Shown here one piece after another: positions 1 to 11,542 of a DNA stretch of 45,380 nt; positions within the stretch are counted from its first letter, which is position 1; each line of letters opens with the position of its first letter. Origin of the DNA: Vicugna vicugna (Eukaryota). Both the position numbers and the translations under genes were made by a program. Below the pieces are notes generated by a model. That model was not told the DNA's origin. It did no database searches and saw only the letters and a list, made by a program, of their open reading frames with translations. The stretch lies in assembly GCA_013265495.1 (NCBI GenBank), contig MU058009.1, positions 4,049,780-4,095,159 on the forward strand, written 5' to 3'.

Positions 1-149
1 GTAAGGTGGCTCCGTTCCACAGTTTTGTGGTGTTGAGGGGGCAGGATCACTTTGCTTTCATTGCTGTTTCAGACTGATGGGTGGCCCTGGTGGCGATGGG
101 AGCTCACTGTATCCTTGGAGAAGACGTGGACTGGCTTTCATGTGTCACT

Positions 150-640
150 GCTTACTATACATCTTGTATGGACCAGGCACCGTTCTAGGCCCCAATTCCT
201 CTCCTCACAGAGCTATTTTTACAAAGGGAGACAGGACTGCAGATTGCACACAGTGAACAAAACTAAGATGCACAGACAACCTAGGAATAGGTCCCCTTCC
301 TCCAGGCTGACTCATTGACTCGGGCTCCTGGTCGGAGAGACAGACCTGCGTTTCTTCAACTCCCTCCACCCGGTGCTCTTGAGCAGTGCACAGCCTGCAC
401 AACTGTACCTAACGGGCACCAGCTGTGAATACATAAATAAGCAGACAAACAGTATGTTGCGTGGTGGAAAGTTAAACACGGCTGAGGGGCAGAGCGATCT
501 GGGCAGGGACAGGGGTATTTGCAGGGCGGTCTCGGGCGTGATGCTGGGGACGGCCCTGCAGGGATCAGCAGGAAACACATTCTAGGCAGAGGAATCAGCA
601 GGTTTCATGACCTGGTGAGAGAAGAGTGGGGCAAGAAGGA
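150..640 (-). mobile_element. Degenerate LINE-2 (L2) fragment
   Basis: Antisense L2-like phrases: 'ccaggcaccgttctaggc' and 'cattctaggcagaggaatcagca'. Boundaries approximate. Confidence 0.4.
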
Positions 641-1092
641 GGAGGTCTCAGAACTGAAGGAGAAAGGAGTGAAACAGACGGATTTAGGACTTCGCATGTC
701 TGTGGGGGCTGGCACCACATTGACCGGAGGGAGCATTTTTAGGAGATGAGAAATACACAAAAATCCCACGTAAAGCAGTCCAGCGCCGTGTCGGTGTTAT
801 CTGGCTTGTGTAGCGCCCGAGTGGAGGCTGTCCAGTTTCTCCCAGCTGTGTGGTTCCGGCAGAACCGGGTATCTGGTGCATGGCCCCCCACCTCACACCT
901 GTCTACTCTTGTGGGTCTAGTGTTTTTGAACTGCAGTGCCATCTTTCTTTGGTCCATTTTTCTCATTTATCACATCTGAAAATTATACACATTTAAAATC
1001 TGCATAAATACCCGATTCATGGTCTTACCTGTTGCCGTACCCAGGACATAAGATTGTGAAATTAAGCCGGCGTTTTACAACCACGTGTGGAC

Positions 1093-1108
1093 GTGTGTGT
1101 GTGTGTGT
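1093..1108. repeat. (GT)n microsatellite
   Basis: gtgtgtgtgtgtgtgt. Confidence 0.9.
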
Positions 1109-2099
1109 ACAAGCAGGCACATATTTTGAATTAATGGACTCGTAGAAATCAGAGATGGATTAGGCCTAATGAGCTGTTGAGAAGAATTATTTAGCACATA
1201 TTTCATATCTCTGTTCAGTAATCAAACCTACGCACTGTGTATGCTAAGGAGCCGAGGTCTGCACATTTTTTTCTCTCCTTGGATCATCTCCGTTTGTGCC
1301 TGAAAATTTAACATCTCAGCCCTGAAGCTTTTGCACCAACGTTATTAACCATCCAGTTCGACATTTCCCTGCCCTTAGGGTTATCTTTGGTGTTGAAAAA
1401 ATAGTCACTTTGCTCTTTACCGTTAATACAGAATAGTAATTGGTACCGGGCTCTGGGAACCCCACTGGGCTGCTGGGCCGGCTCAGACCAGGTGGCGGGA
1501 GTGAGTCCTGCCCCTCCCAGCATCTTCTAGTCTTTGGGAGAAGCAGGCTTGACCTTCACTTGTGCTGGCTGGAGGACTTGGGGAGTTAACCCAGATGACA
1601 GGTTTAGATAAAAACATTTTTTTCAATTTTTATCCCAAACAGATGATTTCCTCGCCACCTTCTGTTTTCTCCGAAGGTGTGTCAGGGCTGGTGACCCCGA
1701 TGCGGAGCCAAGTGCACTTGGTCATTGCCCTCTCTGGCTGTACGCTGTTTCTTCAAGCATACGCTTTCAGCAGGCCTTCCAAATCCCACCCCCAGCGTAG
1801 TTTTCCCTACGAACTAAAAGGAAGGAGGAGCCAAAGGTGGGATGCTTCAGAGGGTGGGATTTGACCCTGAGAAAGACTGACGTTTTGAAGCTGTGACAGA
1901 CATGAAATTCTAGGACTTGACGGGAGCCCTGGAGATGGGTTAACCCGTGTCCGCTTCCCGTAGTCGAATGCCTACCCTGCGGAGCTTCTTTTGAGCTTCG
2001 TTAGATATGACACATAAACGTAGGTCCTAAACACATGCAGCTCTCCATCCTTGCTTGTTTAAAGCATGCTAACGGAGAACGTATTCTGTCGTGAACAAA

Positions 2100-2200
2100 G
2101 GTGGACTCCAGGCTTGGGACGGCTTTGAGCCAGAACTTGATCTGGGAAACTGCTAACCTCTAGGAACCTTTATTTTCTTATCTGTGAAATGGGACTAAGC
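2100..2200 (+). mobile_element. MIR SINE core fragment
   Basis: 'ctaacctctaggaacctttattttcttatctgtgaaatggg' resembles the MIR core (aacctctctgagcctcagtttcctcatctgtaaaatggg). Confidence 0.55.
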
Positions 2201-3180
2201 AATACCTGGGAAATGGAGGGCAGGTGCTAATTTCAGACACTCTGGTTGGACGAGGTCCTTCTGAGGAGGGGCCTTTGAGTCAGATCTGACGAAGTGAGGA
2301 AGCGAGAGTGTGTGTGTCCATATGGGAGGGTGTCCTTGGCTCCCAGCAGACGGGGGAGGGGAGAGTGGACCAAGGCCAGTCCCCGTGGCCAGGGTGACCA
2401 TAGTGACCACTTCCCATTTTGTTCTTAGATTTATGGAAGCCACTGGTGCAGTTTAGGCATTTTGGCTGCTGTGTATTTACAAGTTTTTTCATGTTCCTGT
2501 ATTCTATTATTATTTTCTTGTCTCACCCTTGTTCAGTTATAAGTTCTTCAAGGGCAAAGACCGTTTTTGACTTGTATCTTGGTGTCACAGACGGGCAGAG
2601 CCCTCCGGCTGGCTCACCGAGCCTCCCGGAGCTCACCTGAGCCTCCTTGTCTTAGCAGTGCTTCCTGGAATCCAGGGAAAAGCTCCTGTTCTGTCTCGTT
2701 CTCTCTTTGGTTCAACCCACACTGATTTGCAAAGTGTGAAGCCGCTTCCAACTGTCACATTGTGAGGATTTCCTTGATGGATCAAGAAGTGCCCCCAGAG
2801 GCCAGGCCGTTGGCCTCCTGGGTGGGTAAGCGGTGGCCACCCCTAGAGTTTTGTTTCCATTTATGGTTGGAGGTTCAGCCACGTCGCCAGGCCCGTGTTG
2901 CTCATGGTCTTACGATGGGTGAAACTGATGAAATGTCCTGAAAGAATGATTTGTAAGAAATGCTTCAGCAGAAAGGCCGTAAACCACTATTCTTATTTTA
3001 TTATTTTAATTGAAAAAAATGTTCACTGCTTTTAAAAAGAGTAAGTGGTCACTGAGCATTTTGCTTTGTTATTACTGCCTTGGCTGATGCTGGGTTGTTG
3101 GTTAAACCTGCAAGTGTTTTTGGTCTAAATTTCATAATAATTACTACTGGACTGCAGACAAAACAGTAAACATCCCCCTA

Positions 3181-3570
3181 TTTTTAAAAATGTATTGTTT
3201 TTATTGAAGTGTAGTTGACTTACAGCGTTGTGTTAGTTTCAGGTGTACAGCAAAGTGATTCAGTTATACATATACATACATTATTTTTCAGATTCTTTTC
3301 CATGATGAATTACTACAAGACACTGAATATAGTTCCCTGTGTTATACAGTAGGTCCTGTTGCTGACCTGTTTTGTCTGTGGCAGTGGGTACCTGTTAACA
3401 CCAGACTTCTAATTTACCCCTCCTACCCGTTTTCCCTTTGGTAGCCATAGTTTGTTTCCTATGTCTGTGAGTCTGTTTCTGATTTGTAAATAAGTTCACT
3501 TGTATCGGTTTTTTTTAGAGTCCACGTGTAAATGATGTCATACGTTGTTTGTCTTTCTCTGACGGACTTC
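3181..3570 (-). mobile_element. LINE-1 3' end, cetartiodactyl type, 5'-truncated
   Basis: T-rich tail then 'ttattgaagtgtagttgacttacag...caggtgtacagcaaagtgattcagttatacat...aatatagttccctgtg...tatgtctgtgagtctgtttct'. Confidence 0.9.
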
Positions 3571-3897
3571 CTCGTTGTGGAAGTGGCACTATTTCACTCT
3601 TTTCAAACATCCACCTGTTAATGTTGACATACAGATCCTCTCAGAAATACATTCTGAACTTCTCCATTGCTTCTATAATTTCTATTAATTCTGTAATTTG
3701 GACTTTATTTTCTATTAATTCTTTGTCCAAAACCTTTCCTACTAGAAAGAGGGATGGGATTATGGTCCAAGCAGATGGGCTTGTTGAAGGATGAGCATCA
3801 CTCATTGCCCTGAGGTTGGTCCTCCTTCCTCTGTGTGCGTTTTCAGGGCTGCCAGCCCCTCATGCTGGGCCTGGTTCATGGCAGGCCCTTGGTAAAC

Positions 3898-4520
3898 TTT
3901 TTTTTTTAATTGACGTACAGTCAGTTACAATGTGTCAATCTCTGGTGTACAGCACGACGTCCCAGTCATGCACATATACACATATATTCATTTTCATATT
4001 CTTTTTCATTAAATGTTATCATAAGATTTTGAACATAGTTCCCTGTGCTATACAGAAGAATCTTTTTTTAATCTATTTTTATATATAGTGGCTAACATTT
4101 GCAAATCTCAAACTCCCAAATTTATCCCTTCTCGCCCCCTTTCCCCATAACCATGGATTGCTTACTAAGTCTGCAAATCTTTTTCTGTTTTGTAGATGAG
4201 TTCATAGTGTCCTTTTTTTTCTTTTTCTTTTTTTAAGATTCCATCTATGAGTGGTATCATATGGTATTTTTATTTCTCTTTCTGGCTTACTTCACTTAGA
4301 CTGACAATCTCCAGGTCCATCCATGTTGCTGCAAATGGTATTGTTTCATTCTTTTTTATGGCTGAGTAGTATTCCATTGTATAAATATACCACAGCTTCT
4401 TTATGCAGTCATCTGCCAATGAACATTTGGGTTGCTTCTATGTCTTGGCTATTGTAAATAGTGCTGCTGTGAACATTGGGGTGCATGTGTCTTTTCAAAT
4501 TAGGGTTCTCTTCTGATATG
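3898..4520 (-). mobile_element. LINE-1 3' end (camelid-like young subfamily) with ORF2 C-terminal remnant
   Basis: Poly-T then 'tacagtcagttacaatgtgtcaatctctggtgtacagc'; later 'ccatccatgttgctgcaaatgg...tttttatggctgagtagtattccattg'. Confidence 0.92.
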
Positions 4521-4579
4521 CACTTGATGAAATGTTTACCAGAGTAGCACCATACTTCATATATCTGGGAGCCAAAGAG

Positions 4580-4920
4580 GTATTATTTTCCTTTCTGTTA
4601 TGAAATACTTCACACACCAATGTGTATGTAATGTATCTGTGTGTAAAAACACAGCAGATTGCTCCCCCTTGTGCCCTCCACCCGCTCTTCCACGACCTGT
4701 GAGACCTCCTGTGTTCCTGCTCTGTTTTATCTGCTGTCTCTGAGGCGCTGACCACTGCCCTGAACACTTTTCTTTTTATTATTTCTTGATTTTTTTTAGA
4801 ATTTTACCAAATATATAAGTATCCTTAAATAATAGATTGTTTAGTTTTGTTTTTACTTTATCTAAAAATAAATTTTATTTGTTATCCTGAGGATTTTTTC
4901 ATTTAACATTATGTGTTTTC
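4580..4920 (-). mobile_element. Old L1M (L1ME-like) 3' fragment
   Basis: 'gaccactgccctgaac...tatccttaaataatagattgtttagttttg...ttttttcatttaacattatg'. Confidence 0.55.
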
Positions 4921-5729
4921 TAATAACTTGAAATCAATACCATCTGAATGTGAACAAAGGCAGAACTCCCTCTAAGTCATTTCGGATAATTAACTGGTCT
5001 CTCACTCATCAGCTGAGAATGGTTCGATGCCCTGGAATGTGAGTGTGTGTGCACACATGCCTGCTAAAAACAATACATGCTGAGGGGCCCTCTTACCCAC
5101 GTAGCCATGCTTGTAAAGCTTCTGGGTAGTGGAATTATGAGTGACTTTCATTATCTTCCTGTGTTTTCCATATTTATTACATTTTTAGAAATGAAGTTTT
5201 ACTTTTCCCCAGTCAGAAAGGGACCAATGTTATAAAATCCAATCAAAGTAACAAGAGCCCTCCTCTCGAGCACGTGCTGCTATGTCTGGGGTGTGGAGCT
5301 CTTTGTGCACCTGTGACCACATGTGGGCATCACGGAGCCCCATGAGGGCCACGGGGATAAGTGGGGCACAGTTCCTGTGCCCAGCAAGCCTCCAGTCTGG
5401 CCAGGTGGGGAGGCTTCAGAACCAGGACCTCAGGAAGAGGCTGAGGAGGGTCTCCCTGCTGCCCAGGAGCCACTTGCAATGCAGGATATGGGAGGGGAGG
5501 CTGGAGGAGCACAGGAGGGGCCAGAGGGACGTCGGGGAGGAGGCAGGAAGGGGCAGGACCCCGGCCCGGTCACTTGCTGAAGCTGGCCCCGCCCTGGGCG
5601 GAGATTGGGGAGCAGAGTGCGGGCCTCCGGGGCTAGTCCCTCCCCTGCAGCCACGGCCTGACCCACTTCAGGTCCCAGCTGAGATCCGGCGGGTCTGTTG
5701 GGATGTGGATGCTCTTGCGGATGTCAGGT

Positions 5730-5985
5730 TTGATTTTATTCAGCGGGTATTTACGCACTGCTGGCCACGTGCCGGCAGCATTCCAGCCCCTGTGGATTTA
5801 GTGGTTCACAGAACACACTGCAATTCCTGCCCTCACAGAACTTCCTTTGGAGGAAAGGGACCGACAACAAAATGCACACAGAATCTATTAACTGGCGATG
5901 CAGGCTGTGGAGAAGGCTGGGGAGCCTGAGGGATGGAAAGGGGTGAAGGCCACAGCTTCAAATAGGATGTCAGACGAGGCCTGCC
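5730..5985 (-). mobile_element. L2 3' fragment
   Basis: 'tttattcagcgggtatttacgcactgctggccacgtgccggcagcattcc...cctgccctcacagaac'. Confidence 0.6.
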
Positions 5986-6040
5986 GAGTTAGTCTTTGCT
6001 TATCTGTATGTTTTCAATTGTCACCCAAATTGCGTTATTT

Positions 6041-6221
6041 GGTATAAAATAGATAAACAGCAAGGTCCTGCTGCACAGCACAGGGAGCTATATTCAATAC
6101 CTTGTAATAGCCTATAATGAAAAAGAATATGAAAAGGAGCATACGTATGTGTATAACTGAATCACCATGCGTGCACCAGAAAGCAGCCCAGCGTGGTAAA
6201 TCGAATCTGCTTCAATAAAAA
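6041..6221 (+). mobile_element. Short LINE-1 3' UTR end
   Basis: 'ataaaatagataaacagcaaggtcctgctgcacagcacagggagctatattcaataccttgtaat...cttcaataaaa'; degenerate TSD-like cgttatttg / cgttacttg. Confidence 0.88.
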
Positions 6222-8062
6222 GCTCACGTTACTTGACGTCAGAAGAAGCACATTAGAAGAAAGTTAGAGAGACTAGTTCAAAGCAGTATCTGCCTTTTTC
6301 AACACTTGAGGCGAAGGGAGTGTGTAAATGTATCAGAAATATGTTTCAGGGTCTAAATCTGATCTTCATTTATCAGCCTTGTTCTTCTTCCTCTACCTTA
6401 ATTGCCCCCGTCAGGAAGATAAAAAATGGAAACACGTGGCCCCGCGCCGTAGCAGAGAACCTGTCTGCTGTCGAGATGGCGCTGGTTATGTGCTCAGTCA
6501 TCACTTAATGAGCACATGCTTCTCCCGGTGGGCATACACCTGCCTGCAGGAGGCTTTCTGGAAGCTTCTGAGGCTGGGTCCGAGCCGGTGTGGACACAGG
6601 GGCTGGTCGGACCAGCCAATCCTTGGGGCAACTTTTAGCCCCAGGGCCTCTGGAAGCAAGGTGCATGGAGCAGTTTAACGGCCAGGACACCCCAAGCCTC
6701 AAAAAGTGGCCAGCGAGTCAGGCAGAAGTCATCCGCAGATGAGCTGACGAGCCGACAGTGGAATTCCGAAGTCGGTGGGGAACAGAACCAGGGCGGGGAG
6801 CACCCACTCGATCAAGAAATGTCAGCTTTCCTCTCAGCTTTGCCTCCACCGTGCCAACTGTCAGTAATTTCACTAACATTTTGTAAATAAATGTGGCACT
6901 CGGACAGCTGTCAGCGCGCCTGCTATAAACACTCCTTTTGTCGCTGAAAGCTGGCAGGGCCGCACTGTTTCTCCTGCGAGTGTGGCGGCCACCGCCAGTT
7001 GGCACCCGGGCCGGGCTGACTGTCGGGGGCGCAGGGACGCCCCTGTCCCCACGTCCCACGTGGGGCCCTCCTGAGACCCCCGCTTCTTGGTGCCGAGCTC
7101 TCCTGGTTGCACTTGGCGGACTGGGGGGCCCTGCATCTTCCTCCCTGTCCTGAGTCCCAGCTTAACACCCAGGCAGGGTTCTCCAAACACGTTCGTGCTT
7201 TAGGGGCAAATTCCAGGTCCCCGATCCTCTGTTCCCCCAGTGGGTTTGCTCCTCCTAAGCAGGACATTTATTTATCCAGTTCAAAGACACTGAACTTGCT
7301 TCTCCTGCTCCAGCCGCTGAATGACTGTTTAATTAGTAGCCATATTCTCCTCCCACTTCTGTTCCCACCAGAGCTCAAGACAAGTGGCTCTGGACCGAGC
7401 ACCAGCCCTCCCCAGTCCCATCACTGAGTTTTATTAAGTTAGTGCTGCACGGTACCCTGCTTCCCTGGGGAGCTGCAGCTGCAGGGTTCTTACCCTCCAG
7501 CGAGCAAAAGTGGAGGGAGAAGAAGAGTCTGTCTTAGTATAAAAGTCCCCTGGGCAATACATTTGGGTTATTGTAACATACGAAATGTTCTCGTGGAGGA
7601 CGAGGGTGTCCTGCGTAATTGAGGAGTCAGAAGTATGTTTAGTAATAATAAAAATTCTTGACAACATTCACTGAAGTCTTTTAAAAAAAAACTTGGCCGT
7701 GTTCTTTTCCCACGCACCTCACATAGTATCTCAGTTAATGCTTGCAGCTGTGTTCGTCCCTGGCTTACAGAGTGAGGGCCGGAGCACAGACACTTTAGGA
7801 ACCTGCTCAAGACATTAGCCCTAAAGCCTGGAGGAATGGGGGTGTGATCGCAGACAGTGAGCTCCGGGGCCTGTGCCCGCGACAGCCGCCTTCCCCTCCC
7901 CACTTGTATTACTGGGCGTGCAGTCACCAATTTCAAAGAAGTGAGGACACAGTAAAATAAACCCATGCTAAAACTAAGGAACCAGCCTTGACCTTCTTCC
8001 AGTGAAGGAGAAGCCTCCTCTCAGCATTGAGAGCCCCGCCGGGCACAGTATTTCCTGGAGGG

Positions 8063-8499
8063 TGTTGGTGCAGAAACACGGCCGCCCTACCCCACTTACC
8101 AAACTGAGACTCGAGGACAGAGTTTTGGATGAAGTAGGAAAGGCAGCTTTATTTCTTTGCAGGCAGGGGAGGTCACAGTGGGCTAACGCCTCTAAGACTG
8201 TGAGCCTGCAGGGAGAGAAGGCAAGGGGTTTTATAGTAAAATTCAAGAGTTCAAGGGGCAGAGCTAGTTTCCATAGAGATCATATACAGGGCAACAAATT
8301 GTTGCAAAGTTGCTCTTGGTTTTGCAGATGCACGGGTCCCCTTTCCTCTGCTGGATATGAAGTTCACCTCTGGCTTTGGGACTCTCTTAATATTCTTTTA
8401 CCTAGAAAAAAGGATGCGTAAGAAGGGGCTCCATGGAAAAGGGCTCTAGAGAGAAACTTGTGCAGCTTAAAGTCAGGTGGATAAATATTTTAGCTTTCA
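8063..8499 (-). mobile_element. ERV (ERV1-like) solo LTR
   Basis: On the - strand it starts TGAAAG (8499) and ends CAACA (8063), with TATA box TATAAAA (8229-8235) and AATAAA (8148-8153) in U3-R-U5 order. An alternative 5' end at 8574 would give a 4-bp aggg TSD. Confidence 0.75.
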
Positions 8500-8859
8500 A
8501 GCAGGCTGAGGCCTGGGACCTCCCACTGCAGGCTGAGGCCTGCACTGCAAGCAACTGGATGTAAGGAAGCCACAAGGGGTCAAGAGCAGGACACTGGGAG
8601 CTGGAGCAGGGCACTGAGAATGATCCCTGCACACAGCACCAGCACCACGAGGGGGTTGTGTGGACCACCCACACCTCCCTCCTCTCCAGCCTGACCCTGA
8701 TCACCAAGAGCATGAGAAAATCCTTTAAACCATCATCCAGTGAAGCAGTTACTGACACCATTACAGGTATCAGATGGTCCCTGGTGACAATAGGGTCCTG
8801 CTTGGTTATAGCATCACAGTGTAATACAGGGGGGAGTAGAGGGGGATGACGAGGAGAGG

Positions 8860-9008
8860 GGACTTGGGTGTCAGCTGGGAAATTTACTTAACCTCACTGG
8901 TGAATAAGAAGAGTAATTAATAGAAACCGCCTTGTAGGGGTGTTAAGGATTAAACAAAATAACCCGTATAAACTATTCAGCAGTACCTGGTGCAGAGTAA
9001 ACATTCAT
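8860..9008 (+). mobile_element. MIR SINE
   Basis: 'gggaaatttacttaacctc...tgttaaggattaaacaaaataac...agtacctggtgcagagtaaacattca'. Confidence 0.7.
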
Positions 9009-9650
9009 TCTCTCACTGAAATATTCATCACACATGTAAGATGGACATGGATTCTGCAGTAGAGGGGAGGAGTGTCACATGTTCTTGGAGCATCTGTTCT
9101 CACACAGGGAGATGGGGAGCAGACACATGGACCTCTACAAAGATACAGGCTCTTGTGGAGTGCCTTGATCCAGGCTGCCTGGGTGGCCACGGTGTATTGG
9201 TGGACTAGTGGCCATCTCTCTGAGAGGAAGTGACATTTGAGCTGAGGTCTAAATGGAGAGAAGGGTCTGGAGTAGACTGCTCCAAGCGTGGAAAACAAGC
9301 CTCGTGTGTTGTACTGCTGTGTCTGTAGCAGAGTGGACAGTGGGCAGGAGTGCGGGCAAGGTGGGAAGGGCCAGAGGGCAGGGCTCTGAAAGCCAGGTAA
9401 CAGATGTGGGTCTCAGTTCATCATATGAGAGGGAGCTGTCGGAGCATTTTAAGTAGAGCCCTGACATGGCCTGAGCTGAGCTCCTGGGTTATGACAGGAA
9501 GGTGCAGGCTGATCACTGGGGAAATGGTTCCTAAGGCTGAGAAGTGGAAACTATTCCCTGTAGAGGTTGTGCAGAATCCAGGTGAGGGATGGCAGCAGAG
9601 TTGACGATGGTGGAGGCAGTGAAGATGGAGAGATGCTTACAGATGGGTGT
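9004..9650 (-). mobile_element. L2 fragment
   Basis: 'ctctctgagaggaagtgacatttgagctgaggtctaaatg...gagggagctgtcggagcattttaagtag'. Confidence 0.7.
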
Positions 9651-10437
9651 GGTGGTTAACCCGACTAAGTTGACCGGGTTAGTCTAAGGGTGTCAGTGAT
9701 TGCAATGCTTGTGCTCTGTGCTGTCTTACATTAGCAGAATACTGTGGTTTTGTTGGACTTTCATTATTGTGGTATTGAATTATTTACATCTTGAGATGCT
9801 CTCTGAAAATTATTTGCCATATCAGTGCTTTGACTCAGACATGGATGTTCTGATGTAGAAAACGCCACCCCTACCTCCCTTCTTAAACCCCATGCGGGGG
9901 CGCCTGCTGCTGGCTTTTACTCCCCACCCCTACTTCTTTACTTACGAAATTGAGATGGATTTTTTCTTGTCGATTAGTCATAAATATCTTCCCAAGAGTC
10001 ATTTTGTGTCTAAGTCCATATTCAAATTTCCTGACAGAGTTATTGTAGATCTGGAGTGGTGTGTGTGTGCATGTGTGCATTTGTGCGTGTGAGCACTGAC
10101 CACAGAAAATTAAGGGAGATAGAAGGGGGATATGAAGAAGGTTTGGTGATGAGAGAGAAGTGGGGGGGTGGAGAGTTCCCTGCTCCCGGTCACCAGATCC
10201 CCTTTGCAGCCGTCTCACTTACTCCCAGGGTCAGATACACGTTCGTAGACCTGAGATTGCCGTCCACAGAAAAATACATTTTACCGAGGGTCTCTTTCTC
10301 TAGGCTTCTTACCTGGAGCATTTTAGTCCAGGATGACAGAGGAATCTCGGTCCTGAATTCGAGCCCTGTCTCCTGTGGGACACAGAGCAAAGACCGCAGG
10401 GGAAGACTGACGGCTCACCTCGGAATGAACCGCTGCC

Positions 10438-10458
10438 GTCGCTGTCCGTGGTGCTGAC
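10438..10458 (-). promoter_or_regulatory. RE1/NRSE (REST binding site)
   Basis: - strand GTCAGCACCACGGACAGCGAC versus consensus TTCAGCACCACGGACAGCGCC: 19/21, both half-sites intact with canonical spacing. Confidence 0.85.
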
Positions 10459-11149
10459 ATTTTGTCCTTAGGTGAAATCGGGGTAACGGAGCAGGGTTGT
10501 CGTTTTGCTCAAGTGTTGCAACATCCAGGAGTGGTAACAAGAGGGGAATCAAGGAAAGCATAGCTGTGTATGTAGGTAGAGAGCAGATGCCTAAATATCT
10601 CACTAGCCCTAAAGTATCAGAGGGAAATGGGCGCTCAGAATGAAGCACCTGAGGCGTCGACACTTTCAGATACATTCAGTCACGCTCAGCACACTTGTCT
10701 CCCGAGGCGTGAAAACTGCATGTTTTCAGCAGTTTGTCATCAAAGTCGGTTAAAATTAAGGTGATAATCTTGGTGCATATACTTTTAAACTTCAGTTTGT
10801 CTCAAAACTCATTTACATGATACATTGCATTCCTCCACATGATGCCAGAAAACTGAGGTGTCACTGGAAAAATGCATATTTCTTATCTATCGTAGGTGTG
10901 AGTGTCTGTTAAGAGTGGTTCCCTTGAGTGTCTTTTTCTCAAGCCTCAGGTGTAGCTAAGCGGTGGGTCATCAGACCACTGGCCAAAGGGAGCTGGTTCT
11001 GAAGGTCAGCCTCTTGGCTGGAGAAAGACCCTGTGACTCACCAGGGATGGAACCACAGAGCACCCAGGTCTCGTGCAGAATTAATGCCAGGACCCATCAG
11101 GTAGTTCTAGGGCCCGCGTCGGTCTCATGGCCGTCTATGTGACTGATTC

Positions 11150-11230
11150 TGTGATGATTCCCACTTTACAGGTAAGGAAACCAACACCCAGGAAAGTTAA
11201 ATAACGTGGCCCCTGACATGACCAAGCTTC
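11150..11230 (-). mobile_element. MIR fragment
   Basis: 'attcccactttacaggtaaggaaaccaacacccaggaaagttaaataac'. Confidence 0.6.
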
Positions 11231-11531
11231 TTTTACAGTCCCAAAGGAGAGTCTCGGCCTAGGTCCGAAGGAAAAAGTCCAGCCCCCTCCTATTTAAACT
11301 CTTTAGTTTTCAGCCGTGAAAGTGTAGGGAGAAGCCCTGAGAGTGCGTCTGAGTCCCCGCAGGGGCTGTGTCCTGCCCGCCCCCGCTGTGATTCCCGCAG
11401 GAGCAGAAGCTCTGCCCTTCCGCTCAGAAGCAGAGTCAGCAGTTTATGTGTGTTTTTAAAATACCCTCTTAGCAATTAATTATTCCTTTTAATAAACGCA
11501 ATGAAAAGGAATTATTAGAGGGCTCGAGCTT

Positions 11532-11542
11532 TAATTGAATTA
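11532..11542. promoter_or_regulatory. Paired-class homeodomain P3 dimer motif
   Basis: TAATTGAATTA (TAAT-N3-ATTA) inside a TAAT/ATTA-dense unique block. Confidence 0.45.

Noticed and set aside
1..10. Window starts with gtaagg, like a 5' splice donor
   Set aside because: The upstream exon is not visible and the window does not end in AG, so it cannot be told from chance.
5282..5929. 215-aa ORF
   Set aside because: Low-complexity G/R/P composition, overlaps an L2 fragment, no recognisable homology.
6468..6485. CTCF-like 'ctgtcgagatggcgctgg' (also weak matches near 1487 and 6992)
   Set aside because: Mismatches at key core positions; not supportable without a PWM scan or ChIP data.
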